Assembly: GCA_963823295.1 (NCBI GenBank) | Contig: CAWGLF010000017.1 | Coordinates: forward strand, 66,750 to 130,749 | Reading direction: 5' to 3' | Source: an uncultured Acidobacteriota bacterium | GTDB lineage: Bacteria > Acidobacteriota > Terriglobia > Terriglobales > Acidobacteriaceae | Length of the DNA: 64,000 nucleotides | In this document: in pieces, positions 39,389-48,624 of the stretch | Layout: the number at the start of each line of letters is the position of its first letter | Numbering within the stretch: position 1 is the first letter of the stretch | Made by a program: the position numbers and the translations under genes | Notes under the pieces: model-generated | Told to the model about the DNA's origin: nothing | What the model saw: only the letters and a program-made list of their open reading frames with translations | Database searches by the model: none

Positions 39389-39979
39389 CTATGCACCCGC
39401 CAGGGTCTTGGCCGCCTCCGGAGGTGCGATTCGTTTGATTCGAATGCGAAACAAGCCCGGTTCGCGTTGGCTGTACTCCCAGCTCACTTCACCCGGCCTT
39501 CGATCCTGGATCTGTCTATGTAGAGGTATCGGATCGTGATCGTTGATGAGAATGAAGGATTCGCCGACCTTTAGCGCATCCAGTTTTTCAAACACGAGAG
39601 GATGGCGCTCCGGCCGCGGTACTTGACGCAGATCAAGCTCCTTGGGCTCTTTCGCGGAGACCTCTGCTTTCCCGGTGGCAAGAACGAAAACAGCGGAGTC
39701 CTCATGAGCTTCGAGCCGATGTGGAGAACCGCTTTCTATCGAAATGACTTCTCCAGCATGCAGTTCGCAAGCTTCAGTTCCTTCATAAAAGGTGATATGG
39801 CCAAGGATGACCTGGACCGTCACTCGCCCTGGATTTGCGTGCTCTGGTATGGATTGCCCGGCGCGCATGCTTAAGAGCACCATCCTGTGTCCCGGTTCAT
39901 TGATCAGGACTTTCGGGCGAAATCTATTGTCATCGTATTCAATCAGATCGGTGAGCTTGTATTTCTGCATCGTCTGCAT
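39389..39979 (-). CDS. Cupin domain - DUF2249 domain fusion protein
   Basis: N-terminal cupin (GQSIPEHANPGRVTVQVILGHITF...GSPHRLEA). C-terminal DLRQVPRPERHPLVFEKLDALKVGESFILINDHDPIPLHRQI is the DUF2249 signature. Confidence 0.75.
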   Translation of the reverse strand: MQTMQKYKLTDLIEYDDNRFRPKVLINEPGHRMVLLSMRAGQSIPEHANPGRVTVQVILGHITFYEGTEACELHAGEVISIESGSPHRLEAHEDSAVFVLATGKAEVSAKEPKELDLRQVPRPERHPLVFEKLDALKVGESFILINDHDPIPLHRQIQDRRPGEVSWEYSQREPGLFRIRIKRIAPPEAAKTLAGA

Positions 39980-40057
39980 CTTTCCCTATCGAAAATTCGA
40001 GAGACCACGTTCAGACCGCAGACTACGCCGCCGCTGAACCGCGCGCTGTGATAAAAG

Positions 40058-40331
40058 TCACCGTATTGCGGCCAGGTTTTCTCCACCGAGCAGAGGACGT
40101 CGGCTGGCGATGCGTTGATCAATCAGTCTCAGCTCGTCTATCAGAAAGGGATAGGCGTTTTCGAAGGCGCCTATTGGGCCACCCAGCACAACCAGAAGAT
40201 CGGCTTCTTCTATTTTCAAATGGTCAAGTTCCTGAACTCCAACATCGCAGTAATAGGTCTGATAGCCGCGTCGATGAAGCGGCGGTTCCAGCGTGCAAGT
40301 CGAAGGGCTCAGAATAACTCTGAACTATCAT
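40058..40331 (-). pseudogene. Remnant of a class-I glutamine amidotransferase gene (N-terminal ~90 codons only)
   Basis: The reverse frame reads ...RVILSPSTCTLEPPLHRRGYQTYYCDVGVQELDHLKIEEADLLVVLGGPIGAFENAYPFLIDELRLIDQRIASRRPLLG then GENLAAIR-stop (40060..40058). This matches the GATase1 pattern D.LVVLGGP....D..PWL..E..LI......PVLG. It stops just before the nucleophile-Cys motif (GICxGxQ). The ATG at 40331..40329 is in a different frame. Confidence 0.4.
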
Positions 40332-40373
40332 CTAGAAGAAAACTGCGCCAACGTTCTTTGTGAAGCTGATATA

Positions 40374-40754
40374 TCACGCGACTCGCCTGCGAGCCATCCT
40401 TTTCTTCGGCAGATGGTGCATTAGGAATTCTTGCAGTGCAACTGCGTTGTTATGCTCCTTATCATGTGAGCTGTAAATCAGCGTCACCATTCCATCTTGC
40501 GCCGCTTCGATGATCGGCCTCCACGCTTGCGGGTTTGCCTTCAGTTCCGCGAAATAGCGCTGCCGGAATTCGTTCCACTTGGCGGGATCATGATTGAACC
40601 ACTTTCGCAGTTCGGTACTGGGAGCTACATCTTTCAACCAATCCTTGATATGCAAGGAAGACTTCTTTACTCCTCGCGGCCACAATCGCTCCACCAGGAA
40701 TCGCGTCCCATCCTTGCTGCCGGGCGCATCGTATGCTCGTTCCAGTTGGATCAT
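40374..40754 (-). CDS. DUF488 (YeaO-like) family protein
   Basis: MIQLERAYDAPGSKDGTRFLVERLWPRGVKKSSLHIKDWLKDVAPSTELRKWFNHDPAKWNEFRQRYFAEL. Canonical DUF488 sequence. Confidence 0.8.
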   Translation of the reverse strand: MIQLERAYDAPGSKDGTRFLVERLWPRGVKKSSLHIKDWLKDVAPSTELRKWFNHDPAKWNEFRQRYFAELKANPQAWRPIIEAAQDGMVTLIYSSHDKEHNNAVALQEFLMHHLPKKRMARRRVA

Positions 40755-40836
40755 CGAAAACTCCTCAGGTGGCCTCAGCGACCATGATAGTCGCGGATGC
40801 TGTGGCCCAAAAGCAACCGGGCCAAGTCACTGCACT

Positions 40837-41514
40837 CTAGAGCTTCGCAGTGCGGAGACCGGAATGGCTTTCCGCCTGAGCCCGGAGCGCCTTCACGTTG
40901 AGCACGACTATACGATGACCATGGATCTCAATAATTCCCAGATGCACCAGTTTCTGTAGTCCTCGCGTAACGACTTCTCTCACGGAGCCCACGCGCGATG
41001 CAAGCTGGGTATGAGACAACGGCAGCGAAAACGAAATACCATCCGGCAGCTCTGGAGTATTAATTTGCGCTTCCTCCAGCAGCAGCGTGGCCAGCCGCTG
41101 GTTCACATCCTTCAATGCAAGCTGCTCCGCCAGGGCAGCAACTGCCCGCAGCTTTCTTGCCATGTAAGACAAAATAGAAAGCGCCGCTTCTGGATACCGC
41201 AGCAGAAAGCGGTGCACGTATTCCTTATCGAAAAACAGCACTTCAGAAGTTTCTTCCGCCACAGAGGTGGAAGGGTAAGGACCTCCGTCAAATACCGCCA
41301 CCTCCGCCAGCACGCCACCTGAGTGTTCGACATGGATGGTCTGCTCACGTCCATCGATATTTACACGGAAGGCGCGAATCGAGCCGGAAAGCACGACGTA
41401 AAATCCATCTGCCGGAGCATTGGCTGTAAACAGGATTTGCCCGGGCGCGAGTTTACGCCCGGAAGCATGGGACGCTAAATCTGATAGAGCATCTGCCGGC
41501 AAATTATGGAACAT
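40837..41514 (-). CDS. Crp/Fnr-family transcriptional regulator
   Basis: From ATG 41514..41512: cNMP-binding-type beta-barrel (GQILFTANAPADGFYVVLSGSIRAFRVNIDGREQTIHV) and C-terminal HTH (SHTQLASRVGSVREVVTRGLQKL). No N-terminal Cys cluster. Confidence 0.85.
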   Translation of the reverse strand: MFHNLPADALSDLASHASGRKLAPGQILFTANAPADGFYVVLSGSIRAFRVNIDGREQTIHVEHSGGVLAEVAVFDGGPYPSTSVAEETSEVLFFDKEYVHRFLLRYPEAALSILSYMARKLRAVAALAEQLALKDVNQRLATLLLEEAQINTPELPDGISFSLPLSHTQLASRVGSVREVVTRGLQKLVHLGIIEIHGHRIVVLNVKALRAQAESHSGLRTAKL

Positions 41515-41601
41515 AGCAGAATCGCGCCAGAATTTCCATGCGCCGTTCAGTCGACATAGCGTCATCTTCCGGCAACCCGTCGTAAATCGCAACTGAACGT
41601 C

Positions 41602-42756
41602 CTAGCTGTGCAGAGCGGCTCGGATGGCGATACTCAAGATCACCATCAGCACGGCGGATGCGGGAATTACCATCAGCGCTTTTCGCAGCCGCAGCGCATC
41701 GCCCCCCGCGATGGCGCCAATCACCCGCGAGCTGACCGCCAGCCCAGCCCATCCGCATGTGATGGCGAAGCCGATGGCAGTGCCGGTCATGCGCGGCGAT
41801 ACGTTGCCGACGATTGCCAGTGCTGTCGGGAAAACCGGAGCCATCGACAAGCCCGCCAGCCCAACCAGCACCAGGGCCACCACGGGCTTTCTTGTCTTCA
41901 GCATCAAAAACGTCGTTATCGCCATGGCGACTGAAGCACCCAGCGTGACCGCAACCGCCGACGCATGGGAGAGCACCGTCGATGCGAAAAACCGGCCGAC
42001 GATCAGACCCAGCGCAAAGCCGAACGACAGAATATTCAAAGCCCGCGACTCGGGGACGCCCTGCGCGATCAGGTGGCGGGGAAGCCAGTTCCACACCCCT
42101 ACTTCACAGGAAACGTACAGGAAAAGAAGCACTCCAACGAGCAGCACGACCGGTTTGCCCAGCACTGGCCCGATATCGGAGAACAGGAAACTGTGGGCGC
42201 CTGTCGGGCCGGGCATCCTGGTGGCAATCTCAAACGCGAGTGTGGCGACTGTGAAGCCGGCAATGGCATAACAGAGCCGAACCCAGCTTTTGGAGAATAT
42301 ATTCGCGGCGATGAATGGCGTGACAAAGCCGCCCAGTCCGAAGAAGAGATTAACCAGGTTTAACACGCTGGCCCGGTGAACGCCGCCAACATCGCTCGCA
42401 AGCGCATTCGCGCCGGTAACGACAATGCCGCCGCCCACGCCCAGCGCCAGAAAAAGCAAAAGAATGCTCCTGTAACCGGAAGACCGCGGCAGCGCAGCCA
42501 GAGCAATCGCGATAAGAGCCAGTCCAAGGACCAGTCCGGCCTTTTTGCCCTCTGCATCCAGCAATGGGCCAACCGCAAGCGATGCGATCACCAGACCGAT
42601 CGCCTGCGCGAAAGCGATGTTGCCGTTTTGTGCTGGCGTGAGATGGAATCGCTCGGAAAGATTCGGGAGAATGGTCCCCAGGGTGGCGGCGATCAATCCA
42701 TAGACAAAGATGGCCAGGATAACGGCAAGAATCAGCATCGAGTGGGCAGCCCTCAC
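41602..42756 (-). CDS. MFS transporter
   Basis: 384 aa, about 12 hydrophobic helices, Gly/Ala-rich MFS pattern. Confidence 0.75.
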   Translation of the reverse strand: MRAAHSMLILAVILAIFVYGLIAATLGTILPNLSERFHLTPAQNGNIAFAQAIGLVIASLAVGPLLDAEGKKAGLVLGLALIAIALAALPRSSGYRSILLLFLALGVGGGIVVTGANALASDVGGVHRASVLNLVNLFFGLGGFVTPFIAANIFSKSWVRLCYAIAGFTVATLAFEIATRMPGPTGAHSFLFSDIGPVLGKPVVLLVGVLLFLYVSCEVGVWNWLPRHLIAQGVPESRALNILSFGFALGLIVGRFFASTVLSHASAVAVTLGASVAMAITTFLMLKTRKPVVALVLVGLAGLSMAPVFPTALAIVGNVSPRMTGTAIGFAITCGWAGLAVSSRVIGAIAGGDALRLRKALMVIPASAVLMVILSIAIRAALHS

Positions 42757-42806
42757 GTTTTTGTATCAGGTATTCGCTGTCACGGTTGCCGTATTTTGCA
42801 GTCGGC

Positions 42807-44122
42807 CTACTTCTGAATACTCACCGGCATCGGCCGGAATTGAATCGTGACCGCGGCCTGTCCCGGCTTTGGCGTCTTTTCGTCGGCTTTCAGCCAGCCA
42901 TCGGGTTCACATTCTGGTGGAGCCGGTGATTGCGGCGCCGGGGTGCAGTCCGGCAATTCCCACCAGTCCGTGCCCACGCCCTGGCCGCCCGGCGGAATAA
43001 CAGGGCCGCCTTGCGATCCGTACTTGCCATTCACGTAGCCGATCATCATGTTTGCCCAGGCGGTGTCGTCGGCACTGTTCATGGAAGCGCCCATTTCTCC
43101 AATCCAGACCGGGGCGATGTCCTTGTTCACCAGATATCCCCAGGCGTGGTTCATATCTTTCACCACCTGCGGGCCGGAATCGACCTTCACTCCGCTGACT
43201 TCCTTGGGATAGATATGCACCGAGTAGACAACCTGGTTCGGCATTTTCAGAATCACCGGCTTGGTTGCCACCATGGTCAGATCGCCTTCCGGCGCCGTGC
43301 CCCCGCCGGCAAAGGTGCCGACATAGTTCTGCGGAGCTTCGCAGATGATCAGAACGCCGGGATCGGTCTTTTCGATTGCGTTGCCGGTGTTGGTGCACAT
43401 CGCCCGGATATCCGTCGGACCGCCGTCGCCCCAGTTGATTACCGTCCTAGCATATTTCTTGCTGCCGCTCATCGTCGGCTCGTTATCCAGATCGAAGCCG
43501 ACTACCGTATCATTGCCGGCGAAATGCCGGGCCAGCGTGACCCAGTCCTGCTGGAACTTCGCAGCTGTCACTGTGCCCTTGTTCCCGCCGCCATCGGTCC
43601 CGTCCGTTCCCGGCCCCTTATCGAACCACAGGCCATTCTTCTGTTGCGCGCCCCAGTTGTCTTCACGTTATGGCCGCCCTCGTCATTATGGTGATCGATG
43701 ATGACCTTCAGCCCCAATTTTCCGGCATACTGCACGATGGCATCGAGATCGGCCAGGGGCGCCGGACCGGCTGCGTTTTCCTCAAAACTCGCATCGTTCG
43801 TCAGCAGACGCAGACAGTTGAATCCTTTGGCGGCGGCCCGCGTCATCTGCCGGTACTCCTGAAAATGCTCGGGTATACCGTTGGCCACATGACCGCCGCC
43901 CCAGCCCACGCAATCCAGACGCACCGGATTGCCGTGCGAGTCGACAATCTGGCTGCGGCGCGTATGCAGATAACCGTGCGGAATCATTGCGACCGGCGTG
44001 CTTCGCGACGAGATCGCGGGCGCGGGCACCGGCTGACCTGTGCCGCGCGATGCCGAATTTTGGGTGAGAACAGGTCCTGCAAAAAGTAAAATTACCGCTG
44101 CAACAGTCAGGCGCAGATTCAT
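42807..44122 (-). pseudogene. GH5 (cellulase-family) glycoside hydrolase, one frameshift
   Basis: N-terminal part in ORF 43568..44122(-): signal peptide, VRLDCVGWGG, GFNCLRLL, LKVIIDHHNDEGGHN. C-terminal part in ORF 42807..43571(-) (frame open upstream): EDNWGAQQKNGLWFDKG...VVGFDLDNEP (acid/base Glu)...PVWIGEMG (nucleophile Glu). The junction is around 43661..43671 and looks like a missing base. Confidence 0.75.
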
Positions 44123-44299
44123 TGTCGAGTTGTCCCCTGATCGAGGGTGCTGAAAACGGAAGCACTCCGCTCATGCTAAATCGTTATAATCCACTTTCAT
44201 AATGCAGGACTCAAGACACTTCTGCGCGCACTGAGAAAACTTGTTCTTCCCGGCAAGTTAGCCAGGATACTGCAGCGAGAGTAATAAGAAAGGCTGGCC

Positions 44300-45855
44300 G
44301 TGACTCGTCTCATTTCGCTCATCCGCTATCAAAGGGTTTACCTTGCTCTCCTCGTGCTGGTCATCGGTGCGGCCGCGTTTGCCCGCGCGGAGGTGCGCCT
44401 GCCATCCATCTTTGCCGATCATATGGTGGTGCAGAGAAATCTGCCGGTCCATGTCTGGGGAATGGCCGCGCCGAATGAAGCCTGTCTCGGCCAGTTTCCG
44501 CGGCCAGACCCAAAGCGCTACCGCGGATGATCTGGGACGATGGAGCCTTTATCTGAACCCCGGTGCCGAAGGCGGCCCGTTCGAGCTGGTCGTTCAGGGA
44601 ACGAACAGGATTGCCATTCGAAGACGTGCTGGTGGGCGATGTATGGATTGCCTCCGGGCAATCCAACATGGAATTCCCAATGGCGGAAGGATTGAATCGT
44701 GGAGTGAACAACGAGAAAGCGGAAATTGCGGCTGCCAATTATCCGCGCATTCGCCTCCTCCATCTGGCAAACCGATCCTCGGAGTATCCGATGGGGGATG
44801 CCGTCATCCTGCAGCGGTGGAGCGAATGCACCCCGGCGACCGTAGCCCAGTTTTCCGCAGTCGCCTACTTCTTCGCCAGAGATCTGCAAAAGCATCAGCG
44901 GGTTCCGATCGGCATCATCGATACGAGCTGGGGCGGAACGCCGGCCGAAGCATGGACGAGCCTGAGCGCATTATCGGCGAATGCTTCCCTGATGCCTGTA
45001 TTCGCACGTCGCGCGAGTATCATGGATGCCTTACCGGCCACCATATTGGAGGAGAAACGAGAAGAGCGGGAAACAGCGGCGGCGAAGGCGTCCGGCAGGC
45101 CCCTTCCGACTTTTCCATGGCGTCCGGATCCCGTTTCCTGGAGGCCAGGCGGCCTATACAACGCGATGATCGCGCCGCTCACTCCCTTCGCTATCAAAGG
45201 CGTGATCTGGTATCAGGGTGCGTCGAATGGCGATACCGACGCCGTGCCCATCTATGGCGATCTTTTCCGCGCGTTGATCCGAGACTGGCGCAGCCAATGG
45301 GCGCAGGGAGATTTCCCTTTCATATTCGTGCAGCTCCCCAACTGGAATCCGGGTTCGACCTGGCCTGAGCTTCGCGACCATCAGCGTCAAGCTCTTGCGT
45401 TGAAAAACACCGCCATGGCGGTGACGATCGATGTCGGTGATCCGGATAACATTCATCCAAAGGACAAACAGGACGTGGCTTCCCGTCTTGCATTGGCGGC
45501 CCGCGCCATCGCCTACGGAGAACCCATCGAATATTCCGGACCATTGTCTCGTCAGGTGACAGAAGAAAATCACGCGTTACGGATCTGGTTCGATCACGTT
45601 CAGGGTGGGTTAACGAGCAGGAACGGCGACTTACGTGGATTTGCTGTGGCCGGAGCTGATGGAAATTATTTTCCGGCGCAGGCGAGGATTGATGAGAATA
45701 CCGTCATTGTCTCCAGCCCTTCAGTTAAGAATCCGCTTTCCGTGCGATATGGCTGGGCAGCGAATCCCGATTGCAATCTATATAACGGTGCTGGCCTTCC
45801 GGCATCGCCATTTCAGATGAAAGCATTCAACCACCCGGTAAAGTCGGACGAGTAA
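44300..45855 (+). pseudogene. Sialate O-acetylesterase-like (SASA/SGNH) carbohydrate esterase, two frameshifts
   Basis: - Frame a (44300..): signal peptide plus LPSIFADHMVVQRNLPVHVWGMAAPNE.
- Frame b (ORF 44343..): VSASFRGQTQSATADDLGRWSLYLNPGAEGGPFELVVQGTNRIA.
- Frame c (ORF 44563..45855): FEDVLVGDVWIASGQSNMEFPM...GVIWYQGASN...
- Junctions at ~44478..44482 and ~44612..44618. Confidence 0.75.
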
Positions 45856-45874
45856 CTCAGTTCGTCTGATCGCA

Positions 45875-47216
45875 TCATTTCGCCGGCTGAAATTTGTAGA
45901 GAGCCAGGGCGTTTCCGCGCAGCACCATGCCGGCAAGATCGTTGGCGCGCTGCCGGCTGATCTCACCGTCTTTGAGCATTCCCGTCAGCGCGATGCCCAG
46001 TGCCTGGCGCGCGTTCCGGTTGGCAATCCAGGTCGCCTCGGGCCAGCCTAGTTCGTCCGAATACGGATATCCATCTGTTCCGAACAGAACTTTTTCCGGT
46101 TCAAACTCCAGCCATTCCCGCAGCCATTTTGCCTCGGTATGCGGAGGAATGATGAGGTCCTGCGACGAAATATCGAGATAGACATTCGGCTTCTGCAGCA
46201 GCGCTCCGATCTCGCGGACATAGGGCCAGCCGCCATGCAGCAGCACAAATTTTGTTTTCCGCAGGCGTGGATCGTTGAAGATCGGTTCCAGTAGAAGAGG
46301 GTTTACGCCGCTGATCGAAAAGTAGCTGCCTGCCCCGGCCATCGCATGCAGATGCACGGGCATGCCCAGCCGTCCGCATTCCATCGCGATATAGCGAAAC
46401 AAAAAATCCTGCAGCAGCTTGTACTCGGTTGGATCAGGCGTGCCGCGTCCGATCCAGTCGGCGTAGATTTTCTCGACCTTCGCGCGGGGCGGATCGCTGA
46501 AGTTGAAGGAGCGGAGATAAGCGACTTCAAACTTCTCCGCCACCGCGCCTCCGGCCTTTTGCCGTTCGAGGGTGGGTGTAACCACTTGCTTGAGATATTC
46601 TTCGAGATTCGCCGGAGGAGATCTCATGCCGACTTGCTTCAGATAGCGGGCGCGCACGTTATCTTCCAGCGCGAAGAATTCTTTCCGGTCCGGGGATACG
46701 GCTGCTATACCGGCGTTGTTGAGCGGGAACAGCAACGCATCCGCATATGGAACCCAACGGAATCGCGGCGGTTCGACGCCGCGGCCCATGGTGACGCGAT
46801 TCGCCAGCATCGTGCCGATCTTGGCTTGATCGAGCACCCACGCCGGGAAATTCTCGCCCTGCTTGGCTTTCACTCGCGCCCGCGCTTCCTTTGAGGCGAT
46901 TGAGTCCGTTGGCATCGAGCGGTGGCGGAGTATCAAAGCCGTAGAGGGCCTTCCACGCTTCGCCGAGCGAGGGGAAATCCGGTCGTAGAGCCACCGGATC
47001 CGATTGAGGTTCGAGCGAAACAACCGGCAACGCATCAAAATCCCGATCCGTTTTATCGAGCGGCGGCGCGAGCACCGGGTGGGCGTGGTTATCGACCGCC
47101 CAGATGCTATCGATCTGCCGGGAAATGGCAGGGTCGACTTGCTGGCCGAAGGAGGAAGTGGCGGCCAGCAGCACTACGGCGATTGCGAACAAAATGCATC
47201 TTCTTGCACTATTCAT
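45875..47216 (-). pseudogene. Exported amidohydrolase-superfamily (TIM-barrel metal hydrolase) protein, one frameshift
   Basis: N-terminus in ORF 46659..47216(-): signal peptide, IWAVDNHAHPV (HxH metal motif). The remainder is in ORF 45875..47038(-): MPVHLHAMAG...FVLLHGGWPY...LFGTDGYPY. The junction is around 46895..46905. Confidence 0.7.
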
Positions 47217-47284
47217 CGTGCGCTCTTCAGCAGATCACTTGCAATTTGCAAGCTAAATGGAGGAGATCGCCTGCATTTTGCAAG

Positions 47285-47665
47285 CTACTTTCGCAAATAT
47301 GCGTCCGTTCCGCTGATCCAGTCGGCGCGGGGCGGGGTGAAAATATCCAGGTCCAAGGTATCTTCGAGCGCTTCCGCGCTGTGCGGCACGTGCGGAGGAA
47401 TGACCAGGATCTCTCCGGCGCGGACAACAATTTCTTTGTCCTGGATCCGGAATTTCAAGGCGCCCTCCAGAATGTATGTAATCTGCTCGTTCTCATGGCT
47501 ATGCATGGGCACCAGGCAGCCGGTGCGCAGGATCAGCCGCGCCAGCATGCCTTTTTCGCCCGCAACAAACTGACGGTCGATCAAGGGGTTCAGATGTTCG
47601 ACAGGCATATCCTTCAGGCGGATATGTTGCAACGGAGGCGTCTGCTGCTCTGTGGATGGACTCAT
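47285..47665 (-). CDS. Cupin-domain protein
   Basis: 126 aa: PMHSHENEQITYILEGALKFRIQDKEIVVRAGEILVIPPHVPHSAEA. Single cupin barrel with His/Glu ligands. Confidence 0.7.
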   Translation of the reverse strand: MSPSTEQQTPPLQHIRLKDMPVEHLNPLIDRQFVAGEKGMLARLILRTGCLVPMHSHENEQITYILEGALKFRIQDKEIVVRAGEILVIPPHVPHSAEALEDTLDLDIFTPPRADWISGTDAYLRK

Positions 47666-47786
47666 ATCGTTTTCAACTCCTTTTCAACCCCTTTTAGGTG
47701 CGAACAAGTATTGTAATGTCTGCCCGCCAAAATGACGGCATGGGCTTACGCGGGGCGATTTCCGGGTTCCTGTTTATACTCACACT

Positions 47787-48575
47787 ATGGAAACCGGACT
47801 TAGGAATCGCGTCGCAATTGTCGCCGCATCGAGCAAGGGAATTGGCCGCGCAACCGCACTTGCGTTTGCAGCCGAAGGTGCGAATCTTGCACTTTGCGCG
47901 CGCAACCCGGATGCGCTGAATCGGGTGGCCGAAGAAGCGCGGCGCACACACGGGGTCGAGGTTTACACGGAGACCTTCGACGTTTCTGAAGACACCCGCG
48001 TGCGCCAGTTCGCGGATGCGGTGCATCGCCGGTTTGGCCGGATCGATGTCTGTGTGACCAATGCCGGCGGACCGCCAGCGAAACCATTCGCCAGAACGAC
48101 CATGGACGAATGGGATCGCGCCTATCAGTTAAACCTTCGCAGCATCGTGTCCTTTGCTCACGCGGTGCTTCCGGTAATGCAAGAGCAGCGTTGGGGAAGA
48201 TTCATCCCGATTACCTCCATGGCCGTTAAGCAGCCGGTGCTGGAACTGGTCCTGTCGAATGCGGTACGCACCGGCGTACTCGGGCTGGTGCGTTCGCTGG
48301 CGACCCAGTATGGTCCGGATAACATCACCATCAACAATGTAGGGCCGGGATATACCGCTACCGAACGGGTCAAAAATCTGGCGCAAACGAACGCGCAGAC
48401 AACCGGCCGTACTGCCGCCGAATACGAAGCAGATCTTGCGAAAGCGATTCCGCTGCGCCGATTGGCGAAGCCGGAGGAGGTTGCGGATGCGATCGTCTGG
48501 TTGGCCTCCGAACGCGCTGGCTACATCACGGGCCAAACGATTCTGGTGGATGGCGGAGTTTATCGCGGGCTGTAG
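47787..48575 (+). CDS. Short-chain dehydrogenase/reductase (SDR)
   Basis: RVAIVAASSKGIGRATALAFAAEGA (TGxxxGIG-type dinucleotide site), NAGGPP, ITINNVGPGYTAT, ITGQTILVDGG. Confidence 0.85.
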   Translation: METGLRNRVAIVAASSKGIGRATALAFAAEGANLALCARNPDALNRVAEEARRTHGVEVYTETFDVSEDTRVRQFADAVHRRFGRIDVCVTNAGGPPAKPFARTTMDEWDRAYQLNLRSIVSFAHAVLPVMQEQRWGRFIPITSMAVKQPVLELVLSNAVRTGVLGLVRSLATQYGPDNITINNVGPGYTATERVKNLAQTNAQTTGRTAAEYEADLAKAIPLRRLAKPEEVADAIVWLASERAGYITGQTILVDGGVYRGL

Positions 48576-48624
48576 TTCCGGCCGCATCTCAATTCCGACC
48601 GCATCTCGCCGGAACTCCGTATCA

